Both the position numbers and the translations under genes were made by a program. Positions 1 through 12,380 of a DNA stretch of 64,000 nucleotides are shown in pieces (the stretch's first letter is position 1; each line of letters begins with the position of its first letter). Source of the stretch: the human T2T-CHM13v2.0 reference genome, Homo sapiens; NCBI RefSeq assembly GCF_009914755.1, contig NC_060936.1. One strand, written 5' to 3'. The notes under the pieces are model-generated. The model was not told the origin of the DNA, did not search any database, and was given only the letters and a program-made list of their open reading frames with translations.

Positions 1-293
1 CCTCTTGGGTTCAAAGTTGGAAAGGTGTATAAGAAAAGTAGGCAGAGAAACAGCATGGGGCACATGCATGAATGCCTACAGAGCTAATGGTTTGCTTCAA
101 ACTGAGGATATGACCATGACCTTCTTAGTCACTGCAAGTCTAAGAACCAGACTTGCAATTGAGAACCAATTGAGAACCAATTGAGATGTTAATTAGAGTA
201 AAATACAGAATGTACTCACAGAGTCTAGGCTTTGTTTGCACCCCACCCCCAAATGTGCCAGCAGGTAACTTTAAATATAAAAAGAGCTAAGTT

Positions 294-1007
294 GGGAGTG
301 ATGCCAGCAAGATGGCAGAGTAGGGTATACCAGTCTTAGGCCTTCCATAAAAACAATTACATAGCTTTCCAGGAATACAAATAGCTCTGGGAGAGCTTGG
401 GAGTATAGTTAAGAGGCTGCAGCAACACAGGAGAGCAAAAAATACAGGCACAGTTCAGGGCTGAGGTGAACCTTTCTGAACCATGAATTCCCCTTGAAGG
501 GAAAAGGAGGGCAGAGTGAGTGATCAGCTTCCCCAAACTTTTGGGGCACTGCCTCAAACACTGGCTTCAGTTTCATCCCATGCAGTTTGCTGTGGATATC
601 AGTGTAGCTGAGATGCCTGGACGTGGTTAAGAACAGTATTAGCCATGCAGCAGGTGTAAATGCAACTGTGTCTCCTGGGCTGGGCTATCACTCCCACTCC
701 CCCAATCTCTGCAACCACATACATGCCTGAGCCTTGACGCCACAAATGCTCTGTGCATGCCTGTGGTCTAGACTCTGAGCACTCCACAAGCATCTACACC
801 TCAGAAACTGGCACATACCAGTGCCTCAGACATCAGTCACCACTGCAGTGGTTATGCCCACCTCCTAAACCACAGAGCCATGATTGTTCCTCATGGGCCT
901 GTGCTCCAGAACCCAACACTGTGGCCCCTCTGTGAGTGACTGACCAGGCCTTGCATACCAACACAACAGACACATCGGGTCCCTGACATTGGCACCACTG
1001 ATCCTCA
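294..1007 (+). mobile_element. Old LINE-1 (L1M-type) 5'UTR fragment
   Basis: Begins GGGAGTGATGCCAGCAAGATGGCAGAGTAGG, resembling an L1M 5' terminus with the YY1 core AAGATGG, followed by degenerate C-rich 5'UTR sequence. Confidence 0.6.
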
Positions 1008-1135
1008 CCACACACAATGGAATATTATTCTTCCTTAAAAATAGAAGGAAATCTTGCTATTTATGACAACATGGATGAACTAAGTGAATAAGCCAGATGT
1101 AGAAAGACAAATACTGTATGATTACATTTATATGT
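1008..1135 (+). mobile_element. L1MA/L1MB 3'-end fragment
   Basis: CACAATGGAATATTATTC...ACAACATGGATGAAC...AAGCCAG...AAAGACAAATACTGTATGATT, typical L1M ORF2 end/3'UTR. Confidence 0.75.
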
Positions 1136-1514
1136 TGATATGGTTTGGCTCTGTATCCCCACCCAAATCTCCCCTCAAATTATAGTTCCCATAGTATCTA
1201 TGTGTCACAGGAGGGACCTGGTAGGAGATAATTTCATCATGGGGGCTGTTGTGCTCATGCAGTTCTCATGATAGTGAGTGAGTTCTCACGAGATCTGATG
1301 GCTTTATAAGGGGGATTTCCCCTCTTTTTCTCTGTACTTCTCTTTGTTGCCACCATATGAAGAAGGTTGTGTTTGCTTCCCCATCCACCATGATTGTGAG
1401 TTTCCTGAGACCTCCCTAGCCATGCGGAGCTGTGAGTGAATTAAACCTCTTTCCTTTATAAATTACCCAGTACTGGGTATGTCTTTATTAGCAGCAAGAG
1501 AATGGACTAATACA
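1136..1514 (+). mobile_element. THE1 (THE1D-like) MaLR 5' LTR
   Basis: Termini TGATATGGTTTGGCTCTG...ATTAAACCTCTTTCC...GGACTAATACA. Confidence 0.9.
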
Positions 1515-1887
1515 GTAAATTGGTACCAGGTAGTACGGTGCTGCTGTAAAGACACCCAAAAATGTGGAAGTAACTTTGGAACTGGGTAACAGGCAGAGAT
1601 TGGAACAGTTTGGGGGGCTCAGAGAAGACAGGAAAATGTGGAAAAGTTTGGAACTTCCTAGAGACTTGTTGAATGGCTTCGACCAAAATGCTGATAGTGA
1701 TATGGACAATAGAGTCAGGGCTGGTGTGGTCTCAGATGGAGATGAGGAACTTGTTGGGAACTGGAGCAAAGATGTTCCAGTTTATGCTTTAGCAAAGAGA
1801 CTGGTAGCATTTTGCCACCACCCTAAAGCTATGTGGAACTTTGAACTTGAGAGGGATGATTTAGGTTATCTGGCAGAAGACGTTTCT
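1515..1887 (+). mobile_element. THE1 internal region, 5' part, truncated by L1
   Basis: GTAAATTGGTACC follows the LTR directly; ORF 1564-1908 (LELGNRQR...ELPRDLLNGFDQNADSD) is homologous to ORF 52189-52659 of the THE1B in this window. Confidence 0.9.
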
Positions 1888-2114
1888 CTTTCTTTCTTTT
1901 TTTTTTAAATTATACTTTAAGTTCTGGGATATATGTGCAGAACTTGCAGGTTTGCTACATAGGTATACATGTGCCATGGTGGTTTGCTGCACCCCCCATC
2001 AACCCGTCATCTACATTAGCTATTTCTCCTAATGCTATCCCTTTCCTTGCCCCCAAACTCTGACAGGCCCCAGTGTGTGATGTTTCCCTTCCTGTGCCCA
2101 TATGTTCTCATTGT

Positions 2115-5100
2115 TCACCTCCCAATTATGAGTGAGAACATGTGGTATTTGGTTTTCTGTTCCTGTATTAGTGTGCTGAGAATGATGGTTTCCAGCTTCA
2201 TCCACGTTCCTGCAAACGACATGAACTCATTCTCTTTTATGGCTGCATAGTATTCCATGGTGTATATGTAGCAAATTTTTTATCCAGTCTAAGATTAATG
2301 GGCATTTAGGTTGGTTCCAAGGCTTTGCTATTGTGAATAGTGCTGCAATAAACACATATGTGCATGAGTCTATAGTACAGTGATTTATAATCCTTTGGAT
2401 ATATACCCGGTAATGGAATTGCTGGGTCAAATGGTATTTCTGGTTCCAGATCCTTGAGGAATTGCCACACTGTCTTCCACAAAGGTTGAACTAATTTACA
2501 CTTCCACCAACAGTGTAAAAGTGTTCCTATTTCTCCACATCCTCTTCAGCATCTGTTGTTTTCTGACTTTTTAATGATCATCATTCTAACTGGCATGAGA
2601 TGGTAACTCATTGTGGTTTTGATCTGCATTTCTCTAATGACCAGTGATGAGCTTTTTTCATTGATTTTTGGCCACATAAACGTCTTCTTTTGAAAAGGGT
2701 CTGTCTGTATTCTTCACCACTTTTTATGGGTTTTTTTTTTTTGTAAATTTGTTACTTGTAGATTCTAGATATTAGCCCTTTCTCAGATGGATAGATTGCA
2801 AAAATTTTCTCCCATTCTGTTGGTTGCCTGTTCACTCTGATGATAGTTTCTTTTGCTGTGCAGAAGCTCTTCAGTTTAATGAAATCCCATTTGTCAATTT
2901 TGTTTTTGGTTGCCATTGCTTTTGGTGTTTTAGTCATGAAGTCTTTGCCCATACCTATGTCTTGAATGATATTGCCAAGGTTTTTTTTTAGGGATTTTAT
3001 GGTTTTAGGTCTTATGTTTAAATCGTTAATCCATCTTGAGTTAATTTTTCTATACAGTGTAAAGAAGGGGTCCAATTTCAGTTTTCTGCATATGGCTAGC
3101 CAGTTTTCCCAAGACCATTTATCAAATAGGGAATCCTTTCCCCAGTGCTTGTTTTTGTCAGGCTTGTCAAAGAACAGATTGTTGTAGATGTGTGGTGTTA
3201 TTTCTGAGGCCTCTGTTCTATTCCAGTGGTCTATATGTCTTTTCTGGTACCAGTACCATGCTGTTTTGGTTACTGTAGCCTTGTAATTTAGTTTGAAGTC
3301 AGGTAGCATGATGCCTCCAGCTTTGTTCTTTTTGCTTAGGATTGTCTTGGATATGCAGGCTCTTTTTTGGTTCCATATAACATTTAAAGTATTTTTTTTC
3401 TAATTCTGTGAAGAAAGTCAATGGTAGCTTGATGTGGATAGCACTGAATCTATGAATTACTTGGGGCAGTATGGCCATTTTCGTGATACCGATTCTTCCT
3501 ATCAATGAGCATGAAATGTTTTTCTATGTGTTTGTGTCCTCTCTTATTTTCTTGAGCAGTGGTTTGTAGTTCTCTTTGAAGAGGTCCTTCACATCCCTTG
3601 AAGGTGTACTCCTAGGTATTTTATTCTCTTTGTAGCAATTGTGAATGGGAGTTTGCTCATGATTTGGCTCTCTGTTTGTCTATTATTGGTGTATAGGAAT
3701 GTTTGTGATTTTTGCACATTGATTTTGTACCCTGAGATTTTGCTGAAGTTGCTTATCTGCTTAAGGATTTTTGGGCTGAGATCATGGGGTTTTCTAAATA
3801 TAAAATTATGTCATCTGCAAACAGAGACAATTTGACTTCCTCTCTTCCTAACTGAATATGCTTTATTTCTTTCTCTTGACTAATTGCCCTGGCCAGAACT
3901 TCCAATACTATGTTGAATACTAGTGGTGAGAGAGGGCATCCTTGCCTTGTGCTGGTTTTCAAAAGAAATGCTTCCAACTTTTGCCCATTCAGTATGAGAT
4001 TGGCTGTGGGTTTGTTGGAAATAGCTCTTATTATTTTGAGATCTGTTTCATTAGTACCTAATTTATTGAGTGTTTTTAACATGATGGGGTGTTGAATTTT
4101 ATTGAAGGACTTTTCGGCATCTATTGAGATAATCATGTGGTTTTTGTCATTGGTTCTGTTTATGTGATGGATTACGTTTATTGATTTGCGTATGTTGAAC
4201 CAGTCTTGCGTGCCAGGAGTGAAGCTGACTTGATCATGGTGGAGAAGCTTTTTGATGTGCTGCTGGATTCGGTTTGCCAGTATTTTATTGAGGATTTTTG
4301 CATAGATGTTCTTCAGGGATACTGGCCTGAAATTTTCTTTTTTTTTTGTTGTGTATCTGCCAGGTTTTGATATCAGGATGATGCCTAAAATAAGTTAGGA
4401 AGGAGTCTCTCTTTTTCTATTGTTTGGAATAATTTCAGAGGGAATGATACCAGCTCCTCTTTGTACCTGTGGTAAAATTCGGCTATGAATCCATCTGGTC
4501 CTGGGCCTTTTTTGGTTGGTAGGCTATTAATTACTGTCTCAATTTCAGAACTTGTTATTGGTCTATTCAGAGATTCGACTTCTTCCTGGTTTAGTCTTGG
4601 GAGGGTGTTTGTGTGCAGGAATTTATCCATTTCTTCTAGATTTTCTAGTTTATTTGTGTAGAAGTGTTTATAGTATTCTCTGATAGTAGTTTGTATTTCT
4701 GTGGGATCAGTGGTCAGCTCTCCTTTATCGCTTTTAATTATGTCGTTTGATTCTTCTCTATTTTCTTCTTTATTAGCCTGGCTACCGGTCTATTTTGTTA
4801 ATCTTTTCAAAAAAAAAAAAAAAAAAAACCAGCTCCTGGATTCATTAATTTTTGGAAGGGTTTTTTGTATCCCTATCTCTTTCAGTTCTGCTTTGATCTT
4901 AGTTATTTCCTATCTTCTGCTAGCTTTTGAATTTGTTTGCTCTTGCTTCTCCAGTTCTTTTAATTGTGATATTAGGATGTTGATTTTAGATATTTTCTCC
5001 TTTCTCCTGTGGGCATTTAGTGCTATAAGTTTCCCTTTAAACACTGCTGTAGCTGTGTCCCAGAGATTCTGGTATGTTGTGTCTTTGTTCTCATTGGTTT

Positions 5101-5924
5101 CAAGGAAATTATTTATTTTTGCCTTAATTTTGTTATTTGCCCAGTAGTCATTCAGGAGCAGGCTTCCATGTAGTTGTGTGGTTTTGAGTGAGTTTCTTAA
5201 TCCTGAGTTGTAATTTGATTGCACTGTGGTCGGAGAGACTGTTATGATTTCCATTCTTTTGCATTTGCTGAGGAATTTTTTACTTCCAATTATGTGGCCA
5301 ATTTTAGAATAAGTGCTATGTGGTGCTGAGAAGAATGTATATTCTGTTGATTTGGGGTGGATAGTTCTGTAGACGTCTATTAGGTTCACTTGGTCCAGAG
5401 CTGAGTTCAAGTCCTGAATATCCTTGTTAATTTTCTGTTTCATTGATCTAATATTGACAGTGGGGTGTTAAAGTCTCCCACTATTATTTTGTGGGAGTCT
5501 AAGTCTCTTTGTAGGTCTCTCAGAACTTGCTTTATGAACCTGGATGCTCCTGCATTGGGTGCATATATATTTAGGATAGTTAGGTCTTCTTGTTGCATTG
5601 ATCCCTTTACCATTATGTGATGCCCTTTTTTGTCTTTTTTGATCTTTGTTGGTTTAAAATCTGTTTTATCAGAGACTAGGATTTCATCCCCTGCTTTTTT
5701 TTTTTTTTTTTTTTTTTTTTGCTTTGCATTCGCTTGGTAAATATTCCTCCATTCCTTTATTTTGAGCCTATATGTGTCTTTGCATGCGAGATGGGTCTTC
5801 TGAATACAGCACACTGATGGGTCTTGATTCTTTACCCAATTTGCCAGTCTGTGCCTTTTAGTTGTGGAATTGAGCCTGTTTACATTTAAGGTTAAATAGT
5901 TATGTGTGAATTTGATCCTGTCAT
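2115..5924 (-). pseudogene. L1 ORF2 (endonuclease/reverse transcriptase), disrupted
   Basis: ATG at 5924; fragments with EN motifs ([15 protein letters not shown]) and RT motifs ([12 protein letters not shown]); many stops and frameshifts; homopolymer expansions at 4809-4828 and 5695-5720. Confidence 0.92.
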
Positions 5925-5986
5925 TATGATGCTAGCTGGTTATTTTGCCCATTAGTTGATAGTGTCTCTTCATAGTGTCGATGGTC

Positions 5987-7022
5987 TTTATATTTTGGTT
6001 TGATTTTGCAGTGACTGGTATTAGTTTTTCCTTTCCATATTTAGTGCTTCCTTCAGGAGCTCTTGGGAGCTCTTGCAAGGCAGGCGTGATGGTGACAAAA
6101 TCCTTCAGCATTTGTTTGTCTGTAAAGGATTTTATTTCTCCTTCACTTATGAAGTTTAGTTTGGCTGGATACGAAATTCTGGGTTGAAAATTCTTTTCTT
6201 TAAGAATGTTGAATATTGGCCCCCACTCTCTTCTGGCTTTTAGGGTTTCTGCAGAGAGATATGCTGTTAGTCTGATGGGCTTCCCTTTGTGGGTAACCCA
6301 CCATTCTCTCTGGCTGCCCTTGATATTTTTTCCATCATTTCAACCCTGATGAATCTGACGATTATGTGTCTTGGGGTTGCTCTTCTCAAGGAGTATCTTT
6401 GTGGAGTTCGCTGTGTTTCCTGAATTTGAATATTGGCCTGTCTTGCTAGGTTGGGGAAGTTCTCCTCGATAATATCCTGAAGTGTGTTTTCCAGCTGTGT
6501 TCCATTCTCCCCATCACTTTCAGGTACACCAATCGAACATAGGTTTGGTCTTTTCACATAGTCCTATATTTCTTGGAGGCTTTGTTCATTCCTTTTCATT
6601 CTTTTTTTCTCTAATCCTGTCTTCATGCTTTATTTCATTTAGTTGATCTTCAATCTCTGATATCCTTTCTTCCACTTGATCTTCATGAAGTTAGATCTCC
6701 CACTTATGCTTCATGAAGTTCTTGTGCTGTGTTTTTCAGCTCCATCAGGTCATTTATATTCTTCTTTAAACTGGGTATTCTAGTTAGTAATTCCTCTAAC
6801 CTTTTATCAAGGTTCTCAGCTTCCTTGCATTGGCTTAGCACATGCTTCTGTTGCTCGGAGGAGTTTGTTATTACCCTCCTTCTGAAGCCTACTTCTGTCA
6901 ATTCTTCAAACTTTCTCCATCCAGTTTTGTTCCCTTGCTAGCAAGGAGTTGTGATCTTTTGAAGGAGAAGAGGCATTCTGGTTTTTGGAAATTTCAGCGT
7001 TTTTGCACTGGTTTTTCCTGAT
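5987..7022 (-). pseudogene. L1 ORF1, disrupted
   Basis: Start codon reads ATC at 7022-7020; fragments KRPNL..IGVPE and ENFPNLARQ; stops and frameshifts. Confidence 0.9.
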
Positions 7023-8446
7023 CTTCGTGGATTTATCTACCTTTGGTCTTTGCTTTAGGTGACCTTCGGATGGAGTCTTTGTGTGGTCATCCTTTTTTTG
7101 ATGTTGATGCTATTGTTTTCTGTTTGTTAGTTTTCCTTCTAACAGGCCCCTTCTCTGCAGGTCTGCTGGAGTTTGCTGGGGGTCCACTCCAGACCAGCAG
7201 AGGCTGCAGCATAGCAAAGATTGCTGCCTGCTCCTTCCACTGGAAGCTTTCTCCCAGAGGGGCACCTGCCAGATGCCAACCAGAGCTCTTCTGTGTGAAG
7301 TCTCTGTCAACCCCTGCTGGAAGGTGTCTCCCTTTCAGGAGGCACAGGGGTCAGAGATCCACTTGAGGAGGCAGTCTGTTCTTTAGCAGAGCTTGAGCAC
7401 TGTGCTGGGAGATCTGCACTCTTCAGAGTCAGCAGCAGGAATGTTTAGGTCTGCTGAAGCTGCGCTAATAGCGACCCCTTCCCCCAGGTGCTCTGTCCCA
7501 GGGAGATGGGAGTTTTATCTTTAAGTCCCTGACTGGGGCTGCTGCATTTCCTTCAGAGATGCCCTGCGCAGAGAGGAGGAATCTAGAGAGGCAGCCTGGC
7601 TACAGCAGATTTGCAGCACTGCAGTGGGCTCCCCCAAGTTCAAACTTCTTGGAGGCTTTGTTTACACTGTAAGGGGAAAACTGCCTACTCAAGCCTCAGT
7701 AATGTTGGATGCCCCTACCCCACCAAGCTTGAGCATCCCAGGTTGACTTCAGACTGCTGTGTTGGCAGTGAGAATTTCAAGCCAGTGGATCTTAGCTTGC
7801 TGGACTCCATGGGGGTGGGATCTGCTGAGCTAGACCACTTAGTTCCCTGGCTTCAGCCCCCTTTGCAGGGGAGTGAACGGTTCTGTCTCACTGGCATACC
7901 AGGCACCACTTGGGTATGAAAAGAAACTACAGCTAGTTGGGTTTCTGCCCAAACGAGCCCCCAGTTTTGTGCTTGAAACACAGGGCCCTTATTGTATAGG
8001 CACCTGAAGGAATCTCCTGGTTTACGGGTTGCAAAGATCATGGAAAAAGTGTAGTATCTGGGCCAGATAGCATCGTCCCTCATGGCACTGTCCCTCAGGG
8101 CTCCCCTTGGCTAGAGGAGGGAGTTCCCTGACCCCTTGTGCTTTCTGGGTGAGGCGATGCCCTACCCTGCTTCTGCTCGCCCTCCTTGGGCTACACCCAC
8201 TGTCCAACCAGTCCCAATAAGATGAATCAGGTACCTCAGTTGGAAATGCAGAAATCAACCACCTTCTGTGTTAGTGTCACTGGGAGCTCCAGACCGGAGC
8301 TGTTCCTATTCAGCCATCTTGCCCAGGAATCATACGTGAAATTTTAAAGATAAAACTAGTTTAGAAAATAGATTGTAACATTTCCATATACTTTCAAAAT
8401 TCAGACAAATGTTTTTTTTTTTTAGTGAAAAGTATAGATTTTTGAA

Positions 8447-10990
8447 TTTTTTTTTAATTTTTAAGTTCAGGGATACATGTGCAACTTTGTTATATAGGTA
8501 AACCCATGTCATGGGGGTTTGTTGATTATTTCATCACCCAAGTATTAGGCCTAATACTCATTAGTTATTTCTCCCAATCCTCTCCCTACTCCCACCCTCC
8601 ACCTTCTGGTAGACCCCAGTGTCTGTTATTCTCCTCTATGTGTTCATGTGTTCTCATCATTCAGCTACCATGTATAAGTGAGAACACATGGTATTTAGTT
8701 TTCTGCTCCTGCATTAGTTTGCTAAGGACAATGGCCTCCGGCTCCATCCATGTTCCTGCAAAGGACATGATCTCATTCTTTTTTGATGACTGCATAGTAT
8801 TCTGTAGTGTATATGTACCACATTTACTTTATTCAGTCTACCATTGATGGACATTTAGGCTGATTAGGCTGATCAACATGCTATTGTGACTAGTGCTGCA
8901 ATGAACATATGCCTGCATGTTTTTCATGACAGAATGATTTATATTCCTTTGGGTATATACTCATTAATAGGATTGCTGGATCGAATCATAAGTAGTTTTG
9001 TGTTTACCCCTGTGATAAATCACCACATGGCTTTCCAAGTGATTGAACTAATTTACACTCCTACCTACAGTGTATAAGCATTCCTTTTTCACCACAACCT
9101 TGCCAGCATCTGTTATTTTTTGACTTTCTAGTAATAGACATTCTGACTGGTATCAGATGGTATGTCATTGTGGATTTGATTTCCATTTCTCTAATGAACA
9201 GTGAAATTGAGCATTTTTTCATGTGCTTCTTGGCCACCTGTATGTTTTCTTTTGAAAAGTATCTGTTTATGTACTTTGCCTGCTTCTTAATGAATTTTTT
9301 TTTTTAGTAAATTTGCTTAAGTTCCTTATAGATGCTAGATATTAGACCTTTGTCAGATGCACAGTTTGCAAATATTTTCTCCCATTCTGCAGATTATCTG
9401 TTTATTGATAGTTTCCTTTTTCTGTGCAGAAGCTCTTTAGTTTAATTAGGTCCCATCTGTCAGTTTTTGCCTTTGGCCTCTGGGTCACCAAATCTTTGCT
9501 AGTTCCTTTGTCCAGAATGGTATTGCTCAGGTTATCTTATAGAGTTTGTATGGTTCGGGGTTTTACATTAAAGTATTTCGTCCATCTTGAGTTAATTTTT
9601 GTATAGGTGTAAGGAAGAAGTCCAGTTTCAATCTTCTGCATATGACTAACCAGTTATCTCAGCACTATTTACTGAATAGGGAGTTCTTCCCTTATTGCTT
9701 GTTTTTGTCAGCTTTGTTGAAGATCATATGGTTGTAGGTGTGTGGCCTTATTTCTGGGCTCTCTATTCTGTTCCATTGTTTTATGTGTCTGTTTTTATAC
9801 AGTACCATGCTATTGTGGTTACTGTAGCCCTGTAGGATAGTTTGAATTTGGGTAGCATGATTCCTCCAGGTTTGTTCTTTTGGCCTAGGATTGTCTGGGT
9901 TATTTGAGCTCTTTTTTGGTTCCATATGAATTTTAAAGTAGTTTTTCCTAGTTCTATGAAGAATACCATTGGTAGTTTGATAGGAATAGCATTGAATCTG
10001 TAAATTGCTTTGGGCAGTGTGGCCATTTTGCTGATATTGATTCTTCTTATCCATGAGCATGGAATGTTTTCGGATTTGTGTGTGTCATCTCTGTTTTCTT
10101 TGAGCAGTGTTTTGTAATTCTTATTGTAGAGTTATTTAACCTTCCTGGTTAGCTGTATTCCTAGGTATTTTATTCTTTTTATGGCAATTGCCAATGGGAT
10201 TGCATTCTCGATTTGGCTCTCACTTGATGGTTTTTGGTGCATAGGAATGCTAGTGATTTTTGTACATTGATTTTGTATCTTGAGACTTTGCTGAGGTTGT
10301 TTATCAGCTTAAGAGCTTTTAGGCCAGGATCATGGGGTATTCTAGATATAGAATCATGTTGTCTGCAAACAGGGATAATTTGACTTCCTCTCTTCCTATT
10401 TAGATGCCCTTTATTTCTTTTTCTTGTGTGATTGCTCTGTTTAGGACTTCCAATACTATGTTAAATAGGAGTGGTGAGAGAGCACATCCCTGTCTTGTAA
10501 CAATTTTCAAGGGGAATACTTCTAGCTGATGCTTGGTCAGTATGATGTTGGCTGCGGGTTTGTTACAGATGGCTCTCATTATTTTGAGTTATGTTCCTTC
10601 AATACCTAGTTTATTGAGAATTTTATCATGAGATGTAATAAAACTTATCAAAAGCCTTTTCTGCCTCTATTGAGATAATCATGTGGTTTTTGTCTTTACT
10701 TCTGTTTATGTTATGAATCACATTTATTGATTTGTGTTTGTTGAACCAACCTTGCATCCCTGGGATAAAGCCTACTTGATCTTTGTGGATTAGCATTTTG
10801 ATGTGCTGCAAGATTTGGTTTGCCAGTATTTTGTTAAGGATTTGTTTCACCAGTGTTCATCAAGCATATTGGCCTGAAGTTTTATTTTCTTCTTCTTTTT
10901 TTTTTTTAATCACTGCCAGGTGTTGGTATCAGCATAATTGGTGGCCTCATAGAATGAGTTAGGGAAGAGTTTCTCCTTCTCAATTTTTCA
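8447..10990 (-). mobile_element. 5'-truncated LINE-1, L1PA13-15-like
   Basis: T-rich tail, L1PA13-16-type 3'UTR, ORF2 RT and C-terminal fragments (e.g. 9781-10026, 10626-10850). Confidence 0.9.
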
Positions 10991-12380
10991 GAGCTCTTTA
11001 TTGCAGACCAAAGTTTTGTTTTGTTTTTAAGAAGCATTTCCACTTGTTCTTTATAAGAATGTAAAATTCCTTTTGATAAAGCTGTGCGGTCAACATCATA
11101 CTAGGGAAAAAGTACATTCTGAATATGTCATATTCCAACAAAAGTTCAGGAAGGACATCAGAGAATTTTTCAAGAGCAATAAAATTTTGCAAAATTTTGC
11201 TCTTCCAATCCAGGTTGCCTGTAATGGCAAACTAAAACTTAAATGATTATTAAACCAATAAGCAAATATTCATCTAGTTTTCTGTGCTTTGCTGTTTGCA
11301 AGATATCACATACATGGACTATATGGCTCTAACATGTTGGTTTTATCCAATAACTACTAACTTCATTTCTTTTTTAAATAGTACTGATTGGCCCACCCAA
11401 TCAGTAAATGTGTGTTCAGCTTCCCAAACTTTTATCAACTTTTCCACCCTAATCCCTGGCTTCACCCACATCCCACAATGTAACACCAATATAGAGCTGT
11501 TCTCCAGGACTATAGCAATATAGAACTGTTTTATCAGTATGTAAATTTGTTCATCAGATATTTTATTAGAAAATTCATAAGTCAAACTTTCAGATACTTC
11601 ATGATTAGTAAAATATTTACTACCACAGATTCTCAAATATTTTCCACTATGATGCCTTCTAAAGTTCTATGGCATGACTTTCAAATATTTATACTCTTCT
11701 AAAATGTTCAGTTCTATAAGGTATATTTTAGCTTGTTTCATGACTAACAAATTGCCATGAGGGATATGCTCACTAATTCTTTGTTAAATTTATTCTTTCA
11801 ATACATGGTACAATTTTCATTTTGGGCTAGTGAAATATATATATTTTTAAAAATTTCTGTTCTGGTTAATTACTGTCATTTAAACCTTTTTAAAAAGCAA
11901 GAACAACACAAACTGCTTCTGAGACAAGGTAGCTGTATCGTAGTCTTTGAATTATAAACTCCGTAAAGAGAGGGACCATGTCTCTCATATTCAGCATTAT
12001 ATTCCTATTCACAAATAAAACAAATAAAAATAATGACAAGGAAAAAGCATGAATAAGAATGAGACATGAAGAGGCACCCAGGATAAACTTATCTACTTGA
12101 GAACATTTTTCTGTTGTTCTAGATTAAACTCCTAGCCTTGAAATTACTTTGTGTAGGCTTTTTAATCATAGCACTTATCCAAGCATATTTTATGGTAGTA
12201 TTCATTTCAATGTTGGTATTTTCCTGGAAAAAAAACTCAAGGCAGGAAATGTGTCAGATATTTCCTAGAAAGTCTAATTTGTTGGCTGAACAAAAGAAAT
12301 GATAAACAATTCCATTGGATAATAAAAACCTGGACATTATGAATTTTCTTCTTTAATTCACATATGGTTGATGTACTTTC

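Larger units (their letters stand above)
1888..8331 (-). mobile_element. Full-length LINE-1, L1PA7-like (L1PA6-8 range), inactive
   Basis: T-rich tail at 1888-1906, then 3'UTR, ORF2 and ORF1 fragments and 5'UTR; the 5' end reads GATTCCTGGGCAAGATGGCTGAATAGG on the minus strand. Confidence 0.95.

Noticed and set aside
10998-11220. Possible minus-strand coding exon: acceptor TTTGCCATTACAG at 11219-11220, frame NLDWKSKILQNFIALEKFSDVLPELLLEYDIF
   Set aside because: No convincing donor, no protein I recognise and no partner exons; needs PhyloCSF or RNA-seq.
11343-11636. 97-aa minus-strand ORF with protein-like composition
   Set aside because: Non-ATG start, no recognisable domain, length within chance expectation.
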